From Candidatus Bathyarchaeota archaeon (GTDB lineage Archaea; Thermoproteota; Bathyarchaeia; Bathyarchaeales; Bathycorpusculaceae): 64,000 nt of DNA. The DNA lies in NCBI GenBank assembly GCA_963806535.1, contig CAWDYC010000005.1, forward strand, positions 224,001-288,000, written 5' to 3'. A program made the translations under genes and the position numbers. Below, one piece after another: positions 42,514 to 53,555 of this stretch (the first letter of the stretch is position 1; every line of letters starts with the position of its first letter). Under the pieces are notes generated by a model. The model did not search any database. It saw nothing but the letters and a program-made list of their open reading frames with translations, and was not told where the DNA came from.

Positions 42514-45411
42514 ATGAGAGATAATATTTCAATTAAGGGAGCAAGGGAGCATAACCTCAAAAATATTGATGTTGAGTTGCCCAGAAACAAGTTTATAGTA
42601 ATTACTGGGCTTTCAGGCTCAGGAAAATCAACCCTTGCTTTTGACACCATTTATGCTGAAGGGCAACGGCGTTATGTTGAAAGTCTTTCTGCATATGCAC
42701 GACAGTTTCTCGGTTTAATGGACAAGCCCGATGTTGATTCAATTGACGGGTTATCACCAGCAATTAGTATTGAACAAAAAAGCACCAGCAAAAATCCCCG
42801 CTCAACCGTTGGAACAGTCACAGAAATATACGATTACCTCAGATTGCTCTTTGCACGTATAGGTACACATCACTGCCCCAAATGTGGCAGTTCCATTCAT
42901 CCTCAAAGTCCAGAAAACATTACCAGCTTAATAATGGTTGAAAAAGGAAAAACCCTCACTTTTCTCGCACCAATAATTCGTGGCATAAAAGGAACGCACG
43001 AACAGATTTTTGAAGACCTTAAAAAACAGGGCTACACCAAAATCAGGGTAGACCAGAAAATTTACGAGTCAGATTCTATCAAAGAAGAAGTTAAGCTTGT
43101 GCGTTATGAGAAACATTGGATTGAAGCGGTCATTGACACTGTATGCATTATTGATGATGAGCGTTCCCGCATTTCTGAAGCTGTCGAGCAAGCACTTAAA
43201 GTCGGCAAAGGAACCATGATAGTCATAGATGCTTCAAAAGCTTACACTGAAAAGAAGGAGCTTGAACGCTTCGAGGATGAAACCATGTTTAGTACTTTTG
43301 GAGCCTGTCCAAACCATCCCGAAATAGTTTTTGAAAGTCTCGAGCCGCGTATGTTTTCATTTAATTCGCCTTTTGGCGCTTGCCCAACCTGCCATGGCTT
43401 AGGCGAAATAACAGAAATCTCTGAAGACAAGGTTATTCCAGACAAAAACCTCTCCATTATGGATGGTGCATTAGCCGTTTACGGAAGTATGGACCTCAGC
43501 TGGCGGGCACAGCAGCTTGCAATGGTTGGCAAAAAACATGGTTTTGACATTTTTACTCCAATCAAAGATTTTACGGAACAACAAAAGCATGTGCTATTGT
43601 ATGGAGATCGGGAGCCTGTTAATGGTCAATGGTCCAACGGTGCAACTATGTGGATGCGTGACGGTTGGGAAGGCGTAATCCCACAAACAATGAGGCTTTA
43701 TCGGCAAACGGAGAGTCAATGGCGAAAAGAAGATATTGAAAACTATATGACGTCTAAGCCTTGCAATGTTTGCAACGGAAAAAAATTGCAGCCAGTTGTG
43801 CTTGCCGTAAAGATTTTGGATAAAAGCATTATTGATGCGACTGACTTGTCAATTGAGGAAGCAGTAAACTTCTTCTGTAATTTGCCTGCGCAACTTAACG
43901 AGAAAGAATTAGCAATTGCCAAACAAGTGCTTAAAGAAGTTAACGAGCGGCTTGGCTTTCTTAAAAATGTTGGTTTAGGTTATCTTTCGCTTTCTCGTGC
44001 GGCAAAAACGCTTTCCGGCGGTGAAGCTCAAAGAATCCGTTTAGCTACGCAAATTGGCAGCAACCTGATGGGTGTCCTTTACATTCTTGATGAACCAAGC
44101 ATCGGCTTACACCAAAGAGATAACACTAAACTGATAAGTACACTTCATCGCTTACGTGATCTGGGCAATACACTAATTGTTGTAGAGCATGATGAAGAAA
44201 CCATACGTAACGCCGACTATATCGTTGACATGGGACCAGGCGCAGGAGTTCACGGCGGACACATCGTTGCAGAAGGACCACCCGACGAAATAATGTTGAA
44301 CAAAAGAAGCCTCACAGGCAAATACCTTTCCGGCGAATTAAAAATTGAAGTCCCCGAAACAAGACGCAAACCAATTGGCTACATCACCGTAAAAGGGGCA
44401 CAGGAAAATAACCTGAAAAATCTTAACTTGCAACTACCACTCGGCGTCTTATGCGGAGTTACAGGTGTATCTGGCTCAGGCAAAAGCACATTGATGAACT
44501 TGACAGTTATTCCTGCATTGCACCAAAAGTTTGGCGAAGAAGCTGATAAAATCGGGAAACACGAATCAATCGACGTTCCCGAACTTGTTAGAAACGTTAT
44601 AGTTATCGATCAAGATCCCATTGGACGTACTCCCAGAAGCAACCCTGCAACCTACACTAAGCTTTTCGATGAGATAAGACGAATTTTTGCTTCAACCAAA
44701 GAAGCCAAAGCACGAGGCTACAAAGAAGGACGATTTAGCTTTAATGTGAAAGGCGGCAGATGCGAAACCTGCCAAGGCGACGGCGTTCTGCGAATTGAAA
44801 TGAACTTCCTTCCTGATGTGTATGTCCAATGTAGCGAATGCAAGGGCAAACGTTACAATAAAGAAACTCTCAGTATTCTTTTCAAAGGCAAAAACATTGC
44901 TGAAGTCCTCGACATGACGGTTGAAGAAGCGGCAAAGTTTTTCGAGAACACGCCTCGGATTTCACGCAAATTATCAACGCTATTGGACGTTGGGTTAGGC
45001 TACATTAAGCTGGGGCAGAGCTCCACTACCTTATCAGGTGGAGAAAGCCAACGTATCAAAATTACCCGTGAACTCAGCAAAAACAAGAAGGGCCACGTTG
45101 TTTACATGCTTGACGAACCAACCACTGGTCTACATTTTGATGACACTAAACGATTGATTAGAGTCCTGAATCGGCTGGTTGACAACGGCAACACCGTCTA
45201 CATAATCGAGCACAACTTAGACGTCATTAAAAGCTGTGACTATCTTGTTGATTTGGGTCCTGAAGGCGGTGCTGCAGGAGGCGAGTTGCTAGCTCAAGGA
45301 ACACCTGAAGAAGTTACACAAAATGACGCTTCTTACACTGGCACGTTTTTAAAGAAAATACTTAATCACTCTCCAGAAGAAACTATTTTGGCAGTGAAGC
45401 AGACTGCATGA
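42514..45411 (+). CDS. uvrA: excinuclease ABC subunit A
   Basis: GAREHNLKN, two ABC ATPase modules, Zn fingers. Confidence 0.98.
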   Translation: MRDNISIKGAREHNLKNIDVELPRNKFIVITGLSGSGKSTLAFDTIYAEGQRRYVESLSAYARQFLGLMDKPDVDSIDGLSPAISIEQKSTSKNPRSTVGTVTEIYDYLRLLFARIGTHHCPKCGSSIHPQSPENITSLIMVEKGKTLTFLAPIIRGIKGTHEQIFEDLKKQGYTKIRVDQKIYESDSIKEEVKLVRYEKHWIEAVIDTVCIIDDERSRISEAVEQALKVGKGTMIVIDASKAYTEKKELERFEDETMFSTFGACPNHPEIVFESLEPRMFSFNSPFGACPTCHGLGEITEISEDKVIPDKNLSIMDGALAVYGSMDLSWRAQQLAMVGKKHGFDIFTPIKDFTEQQKHVLLYGDREPVNGQWSNGATMWMRDGWEGVIPQTMRLYRQTESQWRKEDIENYMTSKPCNVCNGKKLQPVVLAVKILDKSIIDATDLSIEEAVNFFCNLPAQLNEKELAIAKQVLKEVNERLGFLKNVGLGYLSLSRAAKTLSGGEAQRIRLATQIGSNLMGVLYILDEPSIGLHQRDNTKLISTLHRLRDLGNTLIVVEHDEETIRNADYIVDMGPGAGVHGGHIVAEGPPDEIMLNKRSLTGKYLSGELKIEVPETRRKPIGYITVKGAQENNLKNLNLQLPLGVLCGVTGVSGSGKSTLMNLTVIPALHQKFGEEADKIGKHESIDVPELVRNVIVIDQDPIGRTPRSNPATYTKLFDEIRRIFASTKEAKARGYKEGRFSFNVKGGRCETCQGDGVLRIEMNFLPDVYVQCSECKGKRYNKETLSILFKGKNIAEVLDMTVEEAAKFFENTPRISRKLSTLLDVGLGYIKLGQSSTTLSGGESQRIKITRELSKNKKGHVVYMLDEPTTGLHFDDTKRLIRVLNRLVDNGNTVYIIEHNLDVIKSCDYLVDLGPEGGAAGGELLAQGTPEEVTQNDASYTGTFLKKILNHSPEETILAVKQTA

Positions 45412-47025
45412 TCAAAATAACGGGTCCTCAAGACTTTAAGAGTCAAGATATTCCGACCAATCCCGGCGTCTACTTGTACAAAGATGAAGCGGGCGAAATC
45501 CTTTACGTTGGCAAAGCTAAAAGCCTTCGTCCACGAGTCAAAAGCTATTTTGCGAATACTGATCAGCCAGCGAAAACAAGGCAGCTTGTGCTGCACATTA
45601 GAAATATAGATTGGATTGTTGTTAACAACGAAGTTGAAGCACTTCTTTTAGAAAACAAATTGGTCAAGCAGCATACGCCAAAATATAATATTGATCTTAA
45701 AGACGCTAAAACGTTCGCTTATATCTCTCTGACGAGAGAGCCCTATCCTCGAATTCTTACTAGTCGCAAAGTCTCGCGTAAGCTCGAATCGTTTGGGCCA
45801 TACACTGAAGGCTTCATACGACAGGATCTTCAACGTTTGGTAGTGCGAGTCTTCAAGCTGCGCACATGCAAAACCATGCATAAACGTGCCTGCCTTAACT
45901 TTCACATTCATACTTGCACAGCTCCATGCATCGGCAGCGTCACGCTTGAACAATATACTGAGCAGGTGAAGCGGGCACGTTCTCTTTTAAATGGCAACTA
46001 CCAACAAATTATCGAGGAACTTAATTCTCAAATGCATAATGCCTCTTCACAGGGGAAATATGAAGAAGCTCTTGATCTTCGCAACCAAATTGCATCTATC
46101 AGGCTTCTGAACCAACATCAAATCGTTGACAACTGAAAGACGTTTTGACCAAGATATCATGGCCTTTAAGCAGGTGGGCGAGAAAATGTTGGCTGTTCAG
46201 ATGGGTGTGCGAAAAGGTGTATTGCGTGGAAAAACCCAATTTGCCGTCGATTTACAGCCTCAAGTTGAACAAGAATTTCTCAAAGCTTATTATGCAACGA
46301 ATCAAATACCCCGTGAAATACTTCTAAACAAACCTTGCTGGCAGGAAGCTGAAGAGAAAAAAGCTCTTGAAGAGTTTCTCTCCACAAAGCGAAATGGGCC
46401 TGTTTCATTGACGATTCCTAGACGAGCTGATAAATTGGCGCTTGTGCAGTTGGCTGAGAAAAACTTGGAATCCACTTTAGAAGTTGACAGTGCCCTTGTG
46501 GATTTACAATCAGCGCTACAGCTTCCGGTGTTGCCTCGCGTGATAGAGTCTTTTGACATTTCCAATTTGGGTCAGGAACATGTGGTTTCTGGCATGGTCA
46601 CCTTCAGAGATGCGAAGCCTGACAAGAAAAACTATCGTAAATTTAAAATCAAAACTTTTGCGGGGCAAGATGACTTTGCCTCGATGAATGAGGTTGTTTC
46701 GCGAAGGTACAAGCGTTTAGTTGAAGAGAAAAGCCCACTGCCCGATTTAGTGATGATTGATGGTGGTCCAGGGCAGGTGAGCGCTGCAAAGTCAGCACTT
46801 AATAGTCTGGGATTGAAAATTCCGCTGATCGGTTTAGCTAAGGAGCATGAAGAAATTTATTTGCCCGATGATCCTGTACCAAAAAGCTTTGACAAGAACA
46901 GTCGAATGATGTTACTGCTGAGGAAAATCCGCGATGCGACCCATGACTTTTCGCTGAGTTACAACCGTAAGAGAAGGCAGATGAAAATCCGCGAAGAATT
47001 TGTCAAAACACAAAAACCTGATTAA
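45408..47025 (+). CDS. uvrC: excinuclease ABC subunit C (frameshift near 46133; no HhH tail)
   Basis: GIY-YIG PGVY...YVGKAK, UVR domain, FDISN, IDGG. Confidence 0.93.
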
Positions 47026-47100
47026 ATAAATCATTGCAAACTTCTGATGAAATCATGGGGGAATTTAACCGAGCCCGAAATGTAGCCATTTTTTTCTTTG

Positions 47101-47190
47101 GTTTATTGACTTTTCTTGACGATTTTTGACGAATTATGACGCGTAGTGACGGGTAGTGACTTTTGGTGACGCGTAGTGACTTATAGTGAC
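47101..47190. repeat. nine tandem 10-bp units each ending TGAC (last five GTGAC)
   Basis: gtttattgac ttttcttgac gatttttgac gaattatgac gcgtagtgac gggtagtgac ttttggtgac gcgtagtgac ttatagtgac. Confidence 0.9.
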
Positions 47191-47580
47191 GCAGCCCGCA
47201 TAGAAATCACAATCTGAACCAAAAAAGCAACTGGGTACAAACTGGAAAGATTTTGCGTGGAAAATACCATCTAACCTTATCTCTCGATGAAAATTATAAT
47301 TTATAAATGTCAAAAAATGTCTCAACCTGCAAACGCAGCAGCCCCAACCAAGAAAGCAATATAAAACACAAAGAACTTCCTTTTTCTTCCAGATTCTTCC
47401 AGATTTTTCCATTTTCCTACATTTAAAGACGCAACCTGCAAACAAAACAAAGCCTAAATCAAAAAAGCAATTTAAATCAGACTTATCACGATATGGGGGT
47501 ATTCCAGCAATCAAAACCAAAACTGTTTGTTCCTATATAGAAACTAAATTGTTCATTTAATAAGTTCAATATTCAATTTA

Positions 47581-48423
47581 GTGGCTGAGAAAACTTTGCT
47601 AGACATGTTATCACTGCTCTTAATTTCTATCGCTGTTGGATTATTAGGTTCCCTAACTGGTCTAGGCGGTGCAAGCATCCTAACTCCCATACTGGTTTTG
47701 CTCGGCATCCCAGTTAAAGAGGCAGTGGCATGCGGTATGGTTGCCATAATCGCTACATCGAGTGGTTCAGCATCATCCTTTGTCAAAGAAAAAATCGCAA
47801 ACATCAAACTGGCTATGTACCTTGAAATGTTCACAATAATCGGCGCCATTGCAGGGGCAACAATAACGGTGATAATTGCACCAATTTTCCTCTATTTCCT
47901 CTTCGCTGCTTTTCTACTAACTTCTTTTTTCAAAGTCAGAAGCTCATTTAAACCGTACACGCCTCCGGAAAAACAAGACAGAATTTCACGGTGGCTAGGC
48001 CTTGAAGGAAGCTATTATGATGAATCAACAAAACAAATAATCAAGTACAGATGCACAAACTCGCTATTGGGCGGCTTAGGCATGTTTGTGGCTGGACTTG
48101 CCGCGGGTATGTTGGGGATAGGCGCAGGAGCATTCAAAGTCATCGTACACGAGAAAGTTCTCAAAATGCCTGCCAAAGTGTCAAGCGCTACAAGCACCTT
48201 CATTATAGGCATGACTGCATTGGCAGGTGTAAGCGTTTATCTTTTTTCTGGCCTTCTAAATGTGACTTTGATGGCGCCAATGGCGGTAGGTGTAACAATC
48301 GGGGCAGTGGCTGGCGGAAGAGTGTTAAATAAAATACGTGACAGAAACCTCAGAATATTGTTCCTCATAGTTGTTACTTTGCTAATTATTCAGATGCTCT
48401 TCAAAGGAGTAAGCGCCCTATGA
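47581..48423 (+). CDS. sulfite exporter TauE/SafE family protein
   Basis: GSLTGLGGA..P, ATSSGS, GMLGIGAG. Confidence 0.9.
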   Translation: MAEKTLLDMLSLLLISIAVGLLGSLTGLGGASILTPILVLLGIPVKEAVACGMVAIIATSSGSASSFVKEKIANIKLAMYLEMFTIIGAIAGATITVIIAPIFLYFLFAAFLLTSFFKVRSSFKPYTPPEKQDRISRWLGLEGSYYDESTKQIIKYRCTNSLLGGLGMFVAGLAAGMLGIGAGAFKVIVHEKVLKMPAKVSSATSTFIIGMTALAGVSVYLFSGLLNVTLMAPMAVGVTIGAVAGGRVLNKIRDRNLRILFLIVVTLLIIQMLFKGVSAL

Positions 48424-48812
48424 CTGCACCGGTTTTAGGTAGCGGCGAATCAAAATTGGAAACAATCATAAGCTACGTACTAATAATCGGCGTTGTAGTC
48501 AGCGTAGCATTCGAAGTCGTTGGCATAGCGCTCTTCTACGGAACATATGGCAATCTGCAGATTTCACAAGACAAAAGCGTGTTTATTAGTGGACAAAACT
48601 TTTTTGCCTTCATAATTGACCAGATTCGACACTTGTTCGGTTCCCAAAACGCTCTGTCGTTCATAATAATAGGGTTGATTATCCTGATTTTAACGCCTTA
48701 CATTCGGGCAATAACTTCCGCCCTTTATTTCGCCTGGGAAAAACACTACAAATACGTTTTGATAACGCTTTTTGTACTCATCGTGTTGACTGCAAGTTTG
48801 GCTCTGCATTAA
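48420..48812 (+). CDS. DUF1634-like membrane protein
   Basis: IS.VL..GV, GL..LILTP..R; ATGA overlap with the TauE gene, its usual partner. Confidence 0.8.
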   Translation: MTAPVLGSGESKLETIISYVLIIGVVVSVAFEVVGIALFYGTYGNLQISQDKSVFISGQNFFAFIIDQIRHLFGSQNALSFIIIGLIILILTPYIRAITSALYFAWEKHYKYVLITLFVLIVLTASLALH

Positions 48813-48829
48813 CCGAGGAGGCATTTCGT

Positions 48830-49410
48830 TTATTCTTTTACTAATTTGTAACCTATTTTCGTTCCTAATCCATATTCAAAAGCTAAGTTAATTATCAACA
48901 TTCCCATGGCTTCCAGATATCGTGCTGCCTTCAACGGTCCACAATCAACTGGGATCAAAACCAATGTCTCGAGTTAATTGAGCTACAATCTGTTTAGCTT
49001 TCAAATCATCGCCCGCAATGAATGCAGAAATTTGTTCCTTGCCAACTTTGCCGGTGCTCTGATTTCTTGCAAAGACGGTGTTAAACGCTTTAACCACGTG
49101 GGCTTTAGGCAGTTTTTTCTGTGTCTCTTCAGCCGAAGAGGTGGTGCAACTTATTGCCTAAATTCCCATTTGCCCCAACTGCGTTAATAACATCAATTAC
49201 TATTTTTCCGTCTGCGTACGGTCTTATTTCTTCGATTGCATCGTTTGCATTTTCGTGTGGTACAGCAAGAATTATTACTTCACCCCATTTTGCTGCATCA
49301 GCAACTGGTTCTGCAGGGTCTCGGTGACCAAACTTTGTTTCATGTTTGCCGGTTAAGCCGTTGAATAATGCTGTGCCGACGTTGCCTTTTCCTATGATTG
49401 CAATTTTCAT
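48830..49410 (-). CDS. NADP oxidoreductase, F420-dependent family (frameshifted)
   Basis: MKIAIIGKGNVG, VIILAVP; VVKAFNTVFA, AGDD, D.GPL.AARYLE in shifted frames. Confidence 0.85.
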
Positions 49411-49623
49411 AATTTAGCCTCAATTAATCAGCGTTATCTGGGTTCATTAGAAGTTGTGACTGCATAATGCCTACAACAAACCTTTCTATTAGAAACACGG
49501 GGGTGCAATCAGCTTTGCTGCTAAACGCATTGCATACGTCGCAATAAAGAAGTTCAAACTTCACAGCTTGAAAGGAATTATGTTTATTATAAATAAATTA
49601 TGAAATTAGGCATAATACATTGA

Positions 49624-50064
49624 TTAGGTTGCGTGAAGCCAACCACGTCGGCTTTTCTTTGATTGAATAGGTGCCAACTTATTCGGAGCTTCTCGCAAAG
49701 GTCGATTGCTTCTTTGCGGCTTCTGAGTGTTGATGTGGGTTTTTACGAACTGATTCCAGCCTCCCACATTGACATTTGGTTGAATAAAACGGTCTGGTTG
49801 CTCAATCAAGTGCTTTTCCAAAATTTCCTTAAAGTTTAATACTTTAAAATCTCTTGTCGCAGTAATGACTGTGCCTCTTTCAACATTCAAGATTTCGTAA
49901 TCTTTTTCTGAAACTCCTTCAGCTCTCACTTTATCGTTAAAGCGTTCGTTCCATAAAAGCTTCCATTGAACCTTAAGCGTTTCAACTAATTCTTTCTGTG
50001 CTTTAATTTTGTTTTCAGGTGAGCTGTTGCCAAGGATTTTGCGTGGTTCGTTAGTAACTTGCAA
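49624..50064 (-). CDS. hypothetical protein
   Basis: 146-aa ORF with basic C-terminus ending RRGWLHAT. Confidence 0.65.
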   Translation of the reverse strand: MQVTNEPRKILGNSSPENKIKAQKELVETLKVQWKLLWNERFNDKVRAEGVSEKDYEILNVERGTVITATRDFKVLNFKEILEKHLIEQPDRFIQPNVNVGGWNQFVKTHINTQKPQRSNRPLREAPNKLAPIQSKKSRRGWLHAT

Positions 50065-50731
50065 CTCTTTTCACGTCTCTTGACTCACCATGTTTGTTTC
50101 TGGTATTTAACAATTATTCTATAAAACACATATGTTTTTCCATAACTATATGAAAATAAGTTTCGTTATCTTAAAAGTTCAAAAATATATTCAATTTTTC
50201 TAAAAATGTGAGAAAAAGATAATTTAGTTGAGTTTTACTAATCTCATAAAGAGATCAATTGTACGGGTAAACCTGTCATAAGCTTCTTTTTGTTGAAGTA
50301 AAATCTACCCACTTTTCCGATTTGAGTTCTAGTTTTTGTCTACTAAGGAAATAATGGAAGCACTTTGGGATGGCTTAGTTAGCATGAAATCTGAAAGGTG
50401 TCTAATCTTGTGTCACAGACTTAGCACCTAAAAAAGATGTTATTTCAGTTACACAATCTTGGTAACTCGAAAGTTAAACCTATAGTTGCAAAATTTATTA
50501 GTTGTGGACTCAATAGCGGAAAAAGACTTCACAAGCTTCCAGCATTATTAACCCCGCCTTCCGCTTCATCGTACCTCGATTTTCTCATCGTCCAAGCCAA
50601 TAGAAAAATCAGCGAAACTTATTTGCATTTAGCTTCTAGATTTGAAAACACAACATCAAATTCAAAGCTTGATTAAACCGTTATTTTTAAAAAATGAGGT
50701 TTCAATAAAGAAAAGATTGGAGAGCTCTATC

Positions 50732-50956
50732 TTAGTAGGGCTCTTTTTTACCGGTCATGTATGCCCAAGCGCCGACTATTGCAATTGTTATGACTGCACC
50801 GGCAAAGCCTGAGATCAAGAAGCTTGTCATTCCACCGAGCAACGGCAGAACGGAGACCATCCACGGGATAAAGTAGACTGCTGTGAGTTGTGCTATGATG
50901 CCTGCTACGAAGCCTAAAAGAGCTATTAAACCAAATACTTTCAACCTGCTATTCAT
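50732..50956 (-). CDS. small two-TM membrane protein divergent from the cdv operon
   Basis: SD AGGTGA, two Gly/Ala-rich hydrophobic helices. Confidence 0.75.
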   Translation of the reverse strand: MNSRLKVFGLIALLGFVAGIIAQLTAVYFIPWMVSVLPLLGGMTSFLISGFAGAVITIAIVGAWAYMTGKKEPY

Positions 50957-51182
50957 TCACTTCACCTTTTTGGTTTTAGATTGCTCCGCGTTTCTTTTTA
51001 GTCTTAGATACAAATTTCTGTCTAAACAGATTAGCGCTCGCATCATGTTTAACTATAAAAGTTAAAGCACAATGGACATTTTTTGATGCGTGTATAGCCC
51101 TACGTATATACGTGCATATTTTGATCATATTAACAATGTATAAGATTGTTTTTTGCATCTTGACATTCAAGAGGTAATCAAA

Positions 51183-51842
51183 TTGTCAGAAAGATTTGCA
51201 AAAAAGTGGGAAAGTAAACGGGAAGATGAGCCATTCCAAAACCGCATTAAAGACGCAGTAAAACCACCAGGACCACTAAAACCACGACTTGACTTTGCTG
51301 TTAGACGCATTGAGCTTCAAGTACAGAAGCTTGACCAAGCAACAGACAGATTCGGCCAAAGAGACAAAGCAATCTTCGCACGCATAGTCGATGCATATGC
51401 AAAACATGACAGCGCACGCGCAAATGTTTTCGCCAACGAACTTGCTGAAGTAAGAAAAATGTCAAAGTTAATAATGAATGCCAAACTTGCATTAGAACAA
51501 ATTACTTTAAGATTACGAACAGTTTCAGAACTAGGCGACGTAGTTTCAACCTTAGGTCCAGCCGTCGGTGTTCTACGTTCAGTCAGATCAGGCTTAGTTA
51601 GCGTGTTTCCAGAAGCAGAAAGTGAACTAGGCGAAATCGGCAACATGCTCAGCGGAATAATGATTGAAGCAGGCCAAGGCAGCGGAATGACATTGAACTT
51701 TGACTCAGTAAACGAGGATGCATCAAAGATTCTTGCAGAAGCAGCAACAGTTGCAGAGCAAAAGATCAAAGACAAATTCCCAGATCTGCCCCCAGGAATG
51801 CCGGCAGCCCCACAATCAGAAAAATCAACACAAAGTTTCTAA
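51183..51842 (+). CDS. ESCRT-III/Snf7 protein (CdvB1/B2-like, no wH domain)
   Basis: RA..FANELAEVRK, LEQITLRL.T, VFPEA, C-terminal FPDLPP; TTG start after GAGGT. Confidence 0.9.
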   Translation: MSERFAKKWESKREDEPFQNRIKDAVKPPGPLKPRLDFAVRRIELQVQKLDQATDRFGQRDKAIFARIVDAYAKHDSARANVFANELAEVRKMSKLIMNAKLALEQITLRLRTVSELGDVVSTLGPAVGVLRSVRSGLVSVFPEAESELGEIGNMLSGIMIEAGQGSGMTLNFDSVNEDASKILAEAATVAEQKIKDKFPDLPPGMPAAPQSEKSTQSF

Positions 51843-51863
51843 AATAGGAGGATAAAACACAAA

Positions 51864-52592
51864 ATGTCTAACTCCAATCTTTTTCTTTATATTGGTAAAC
51901 CAATAAAGAACGAATATGGACGAATAATTGGTAAAGTTGCTTCTTTCGCATTAACTCCCGATGGGAAATTTGACGCTGTATATATGGAATTTGGTGATGG
52001 CCAATTCACAAAACAGCCCATGGAAAACTTACGATTTAATGGTTCTGAAGTCACATTTGTAACAAAAATTAAATCTCAAGCAGGCACGCTTTGTGACCAT
52101 ATCCCATTAATTTGGCGCAAAGACGAAGCCCTCAAAGACTTGCTTGACAAGAAAAAAATTGCTCCAGAAGTTTTCCAGGATCTTCACCAAAGCTTCGGAA
52201 CTGTCTTAGTACAGCTCAAAAAGGACGCTCAAGTAATCATAGATGAATCCGCAGTAGAAATTGAACGCTGCCGAGAAGAAATAACCTCGCTGAGCTATGC
52301 CATTGCTAACTTGGAAATTGAACATGAAATTGGAAAAGTCGATGAAGAAACCTACAAATCTGCTTTCGCATTGCTTCAAGAAACTCTCAAACGTGCATCT
52401 TCAGAAAAAACAGATTATGAATTGACCAAAAGCAAACTCGCAAGTGTACTGCTCGGCGATCAATCACAGAATACATTGAAATCCACAAAAACCTATGCAG
52501 AACACGTCAATAACAACAATGATGCAGCATCTAAACTTCCAGAACCCCCCGTTGTTGTCTACGTGAAAGAAATTGGGAAAGCAGGCATCTAA
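51864..52592 (+). CDS. cdvA: cell division protein CdvA
   Basis: PRC barrel IGKPIKNEYGRIIG, helical EIG.VDEETY region, C-terminal PVVVYV. Confidence 0.9.
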   Translation: MSNSNLFLYIGKPIKNEYGRIIGKVASFALTPDGKFDAVYMEFGDGQFTKQPMENLRFNGSEVTFVTKIKSQAGTLCDHIPLIWRKDEALKDLLDKKKIAPEVFQDLHQSFGTVLVQLKKDAQVIIDESAVEIERCREEITSLSYAIANLEIEHEIGKVDEETYKSAFALLQETLKRASSEKTDYELTKSKLASVLLGDQSQNTLKSTKTYAEHVNNNNDAASKLPEPPVVVYVKEIGKAGI

Positions 52593-53528
52593 TCGGACCG
52601 AAGAGCGGAATCATACACTGTGGAGGGATAAGGTATCAAAGTATTAAGTAACCCCACCCCCCCACCTATCCGTGAAGTTGCCAACAAATCTATTATGACT
52701 CTTAAAATTCAACAAAACAAATTAGAACAGGCAAGTTATCGTTTAAAAGAAAGAGACCGCATACTTTTTGAAACTTGCATGGGCGCATTAAAAAAGAATA
52801 ACCGTGAAAAAGCGGCGATGTGCGCCACTGAACTTGCAGAAGTTCGAAAACTTGTAAAATTTCTCTACAACGTCCAATTAGCAATTGAACGCGTAGTTCT
52901 TCGTTTAGAAACAATAAAGGAACTTGGTGACATAGTCGCTGACTTGAAGCCCGCGTTGAAGTTGCTTCAGGGCGTTTCACAAGAGCTATTTCAGGTGTTG
53001 CCTGATGTTAGCTCAGAACTAAATAATGTTAACGCAACAATCCAAGAGACTCTTCACGCAACAAAGATTACAGCCGATGAAGAAATAATTCCAGTCGGCA
53101 AGAAAACTGAAGGCGGCGAAGAAATCCTCAAAGAAGTCACATGTTTCATGCAGCAAAAACTGACTGAAACTCTTCCAGAGCCACCTCTGGGGACGCCTGT
53201 GAAGGAGAAAACACCTATCAAAGAGCTTGTTGCTTTAACTGCTACTTCTTCACAAATGATTGGGCATAAAACCACAGAGGAAACTGGGTTTGATCCATCA
53301 AACGCTGTTTTCTCATACAAGAAGTCTGAGATTAAGGAGTTCTCACTAAAGGTTCAGAAGCCATGTTTAGAAGATGTGCTTTTGGAATATGTCCGTAAAA
53401 CTAACGGTGAAATCGATTTAAGTCGTTGTTCAACTGAACTTCAAACTTCTAATGAAGAAATTGAGCGTGCCCTGGAGAGCTTGGGAACTAAGGGTAGAAT
53501 AAAAATTGAGTTAAAGTCACCTGAATAA
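52573..53528 (+). CDS. cdvB: ESCRT-III CdvB with C-terminal winged-helix-like domain (probable N-terminal frameshift near 52640)
   Basis: ELAEVRK, IERVVLRLET, LPEPP MIM2-like motif, LLEYVRKTNGEIDL tail; ORF track starts at 52695, upstream TTG at 52573 inferred. Confidence 0.88.
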
Positions 53529-53555
53529 GAGAAAGGAGAAGTAGGAGAGAAAAAA

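Noticed and set aside
45408-47025. Naturally split UvrC (Cho-like N-terminal half)
   Set aside because: Removing one base near 46133 gives a continuous reading HQIVDNERRFDQD
47044-47090. CTGATGA...GAAA resembling a hammerhead core or C/D box RNA
   Set aside because: Stem II cannot pair and the D/D' boxes are not in a canonical arrangement
47101-47190. CRISPR or mini-CRISPR interpretation of the TGAC array
   Set aside because: A 4-5 nt core with 5-6 nt spacers is far too short, and there are no cas genes in the window
47134-47520. 128-aa minus-strand ORF
   Set aside because: Low-complexity F/C-rich translation overlapping a repeat whose period is not a multiple of 3; likely spurious
50437-50676. 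79-aa plus-strand ORF
   Set aside because: No SD or recognisable motif; cannot be supported
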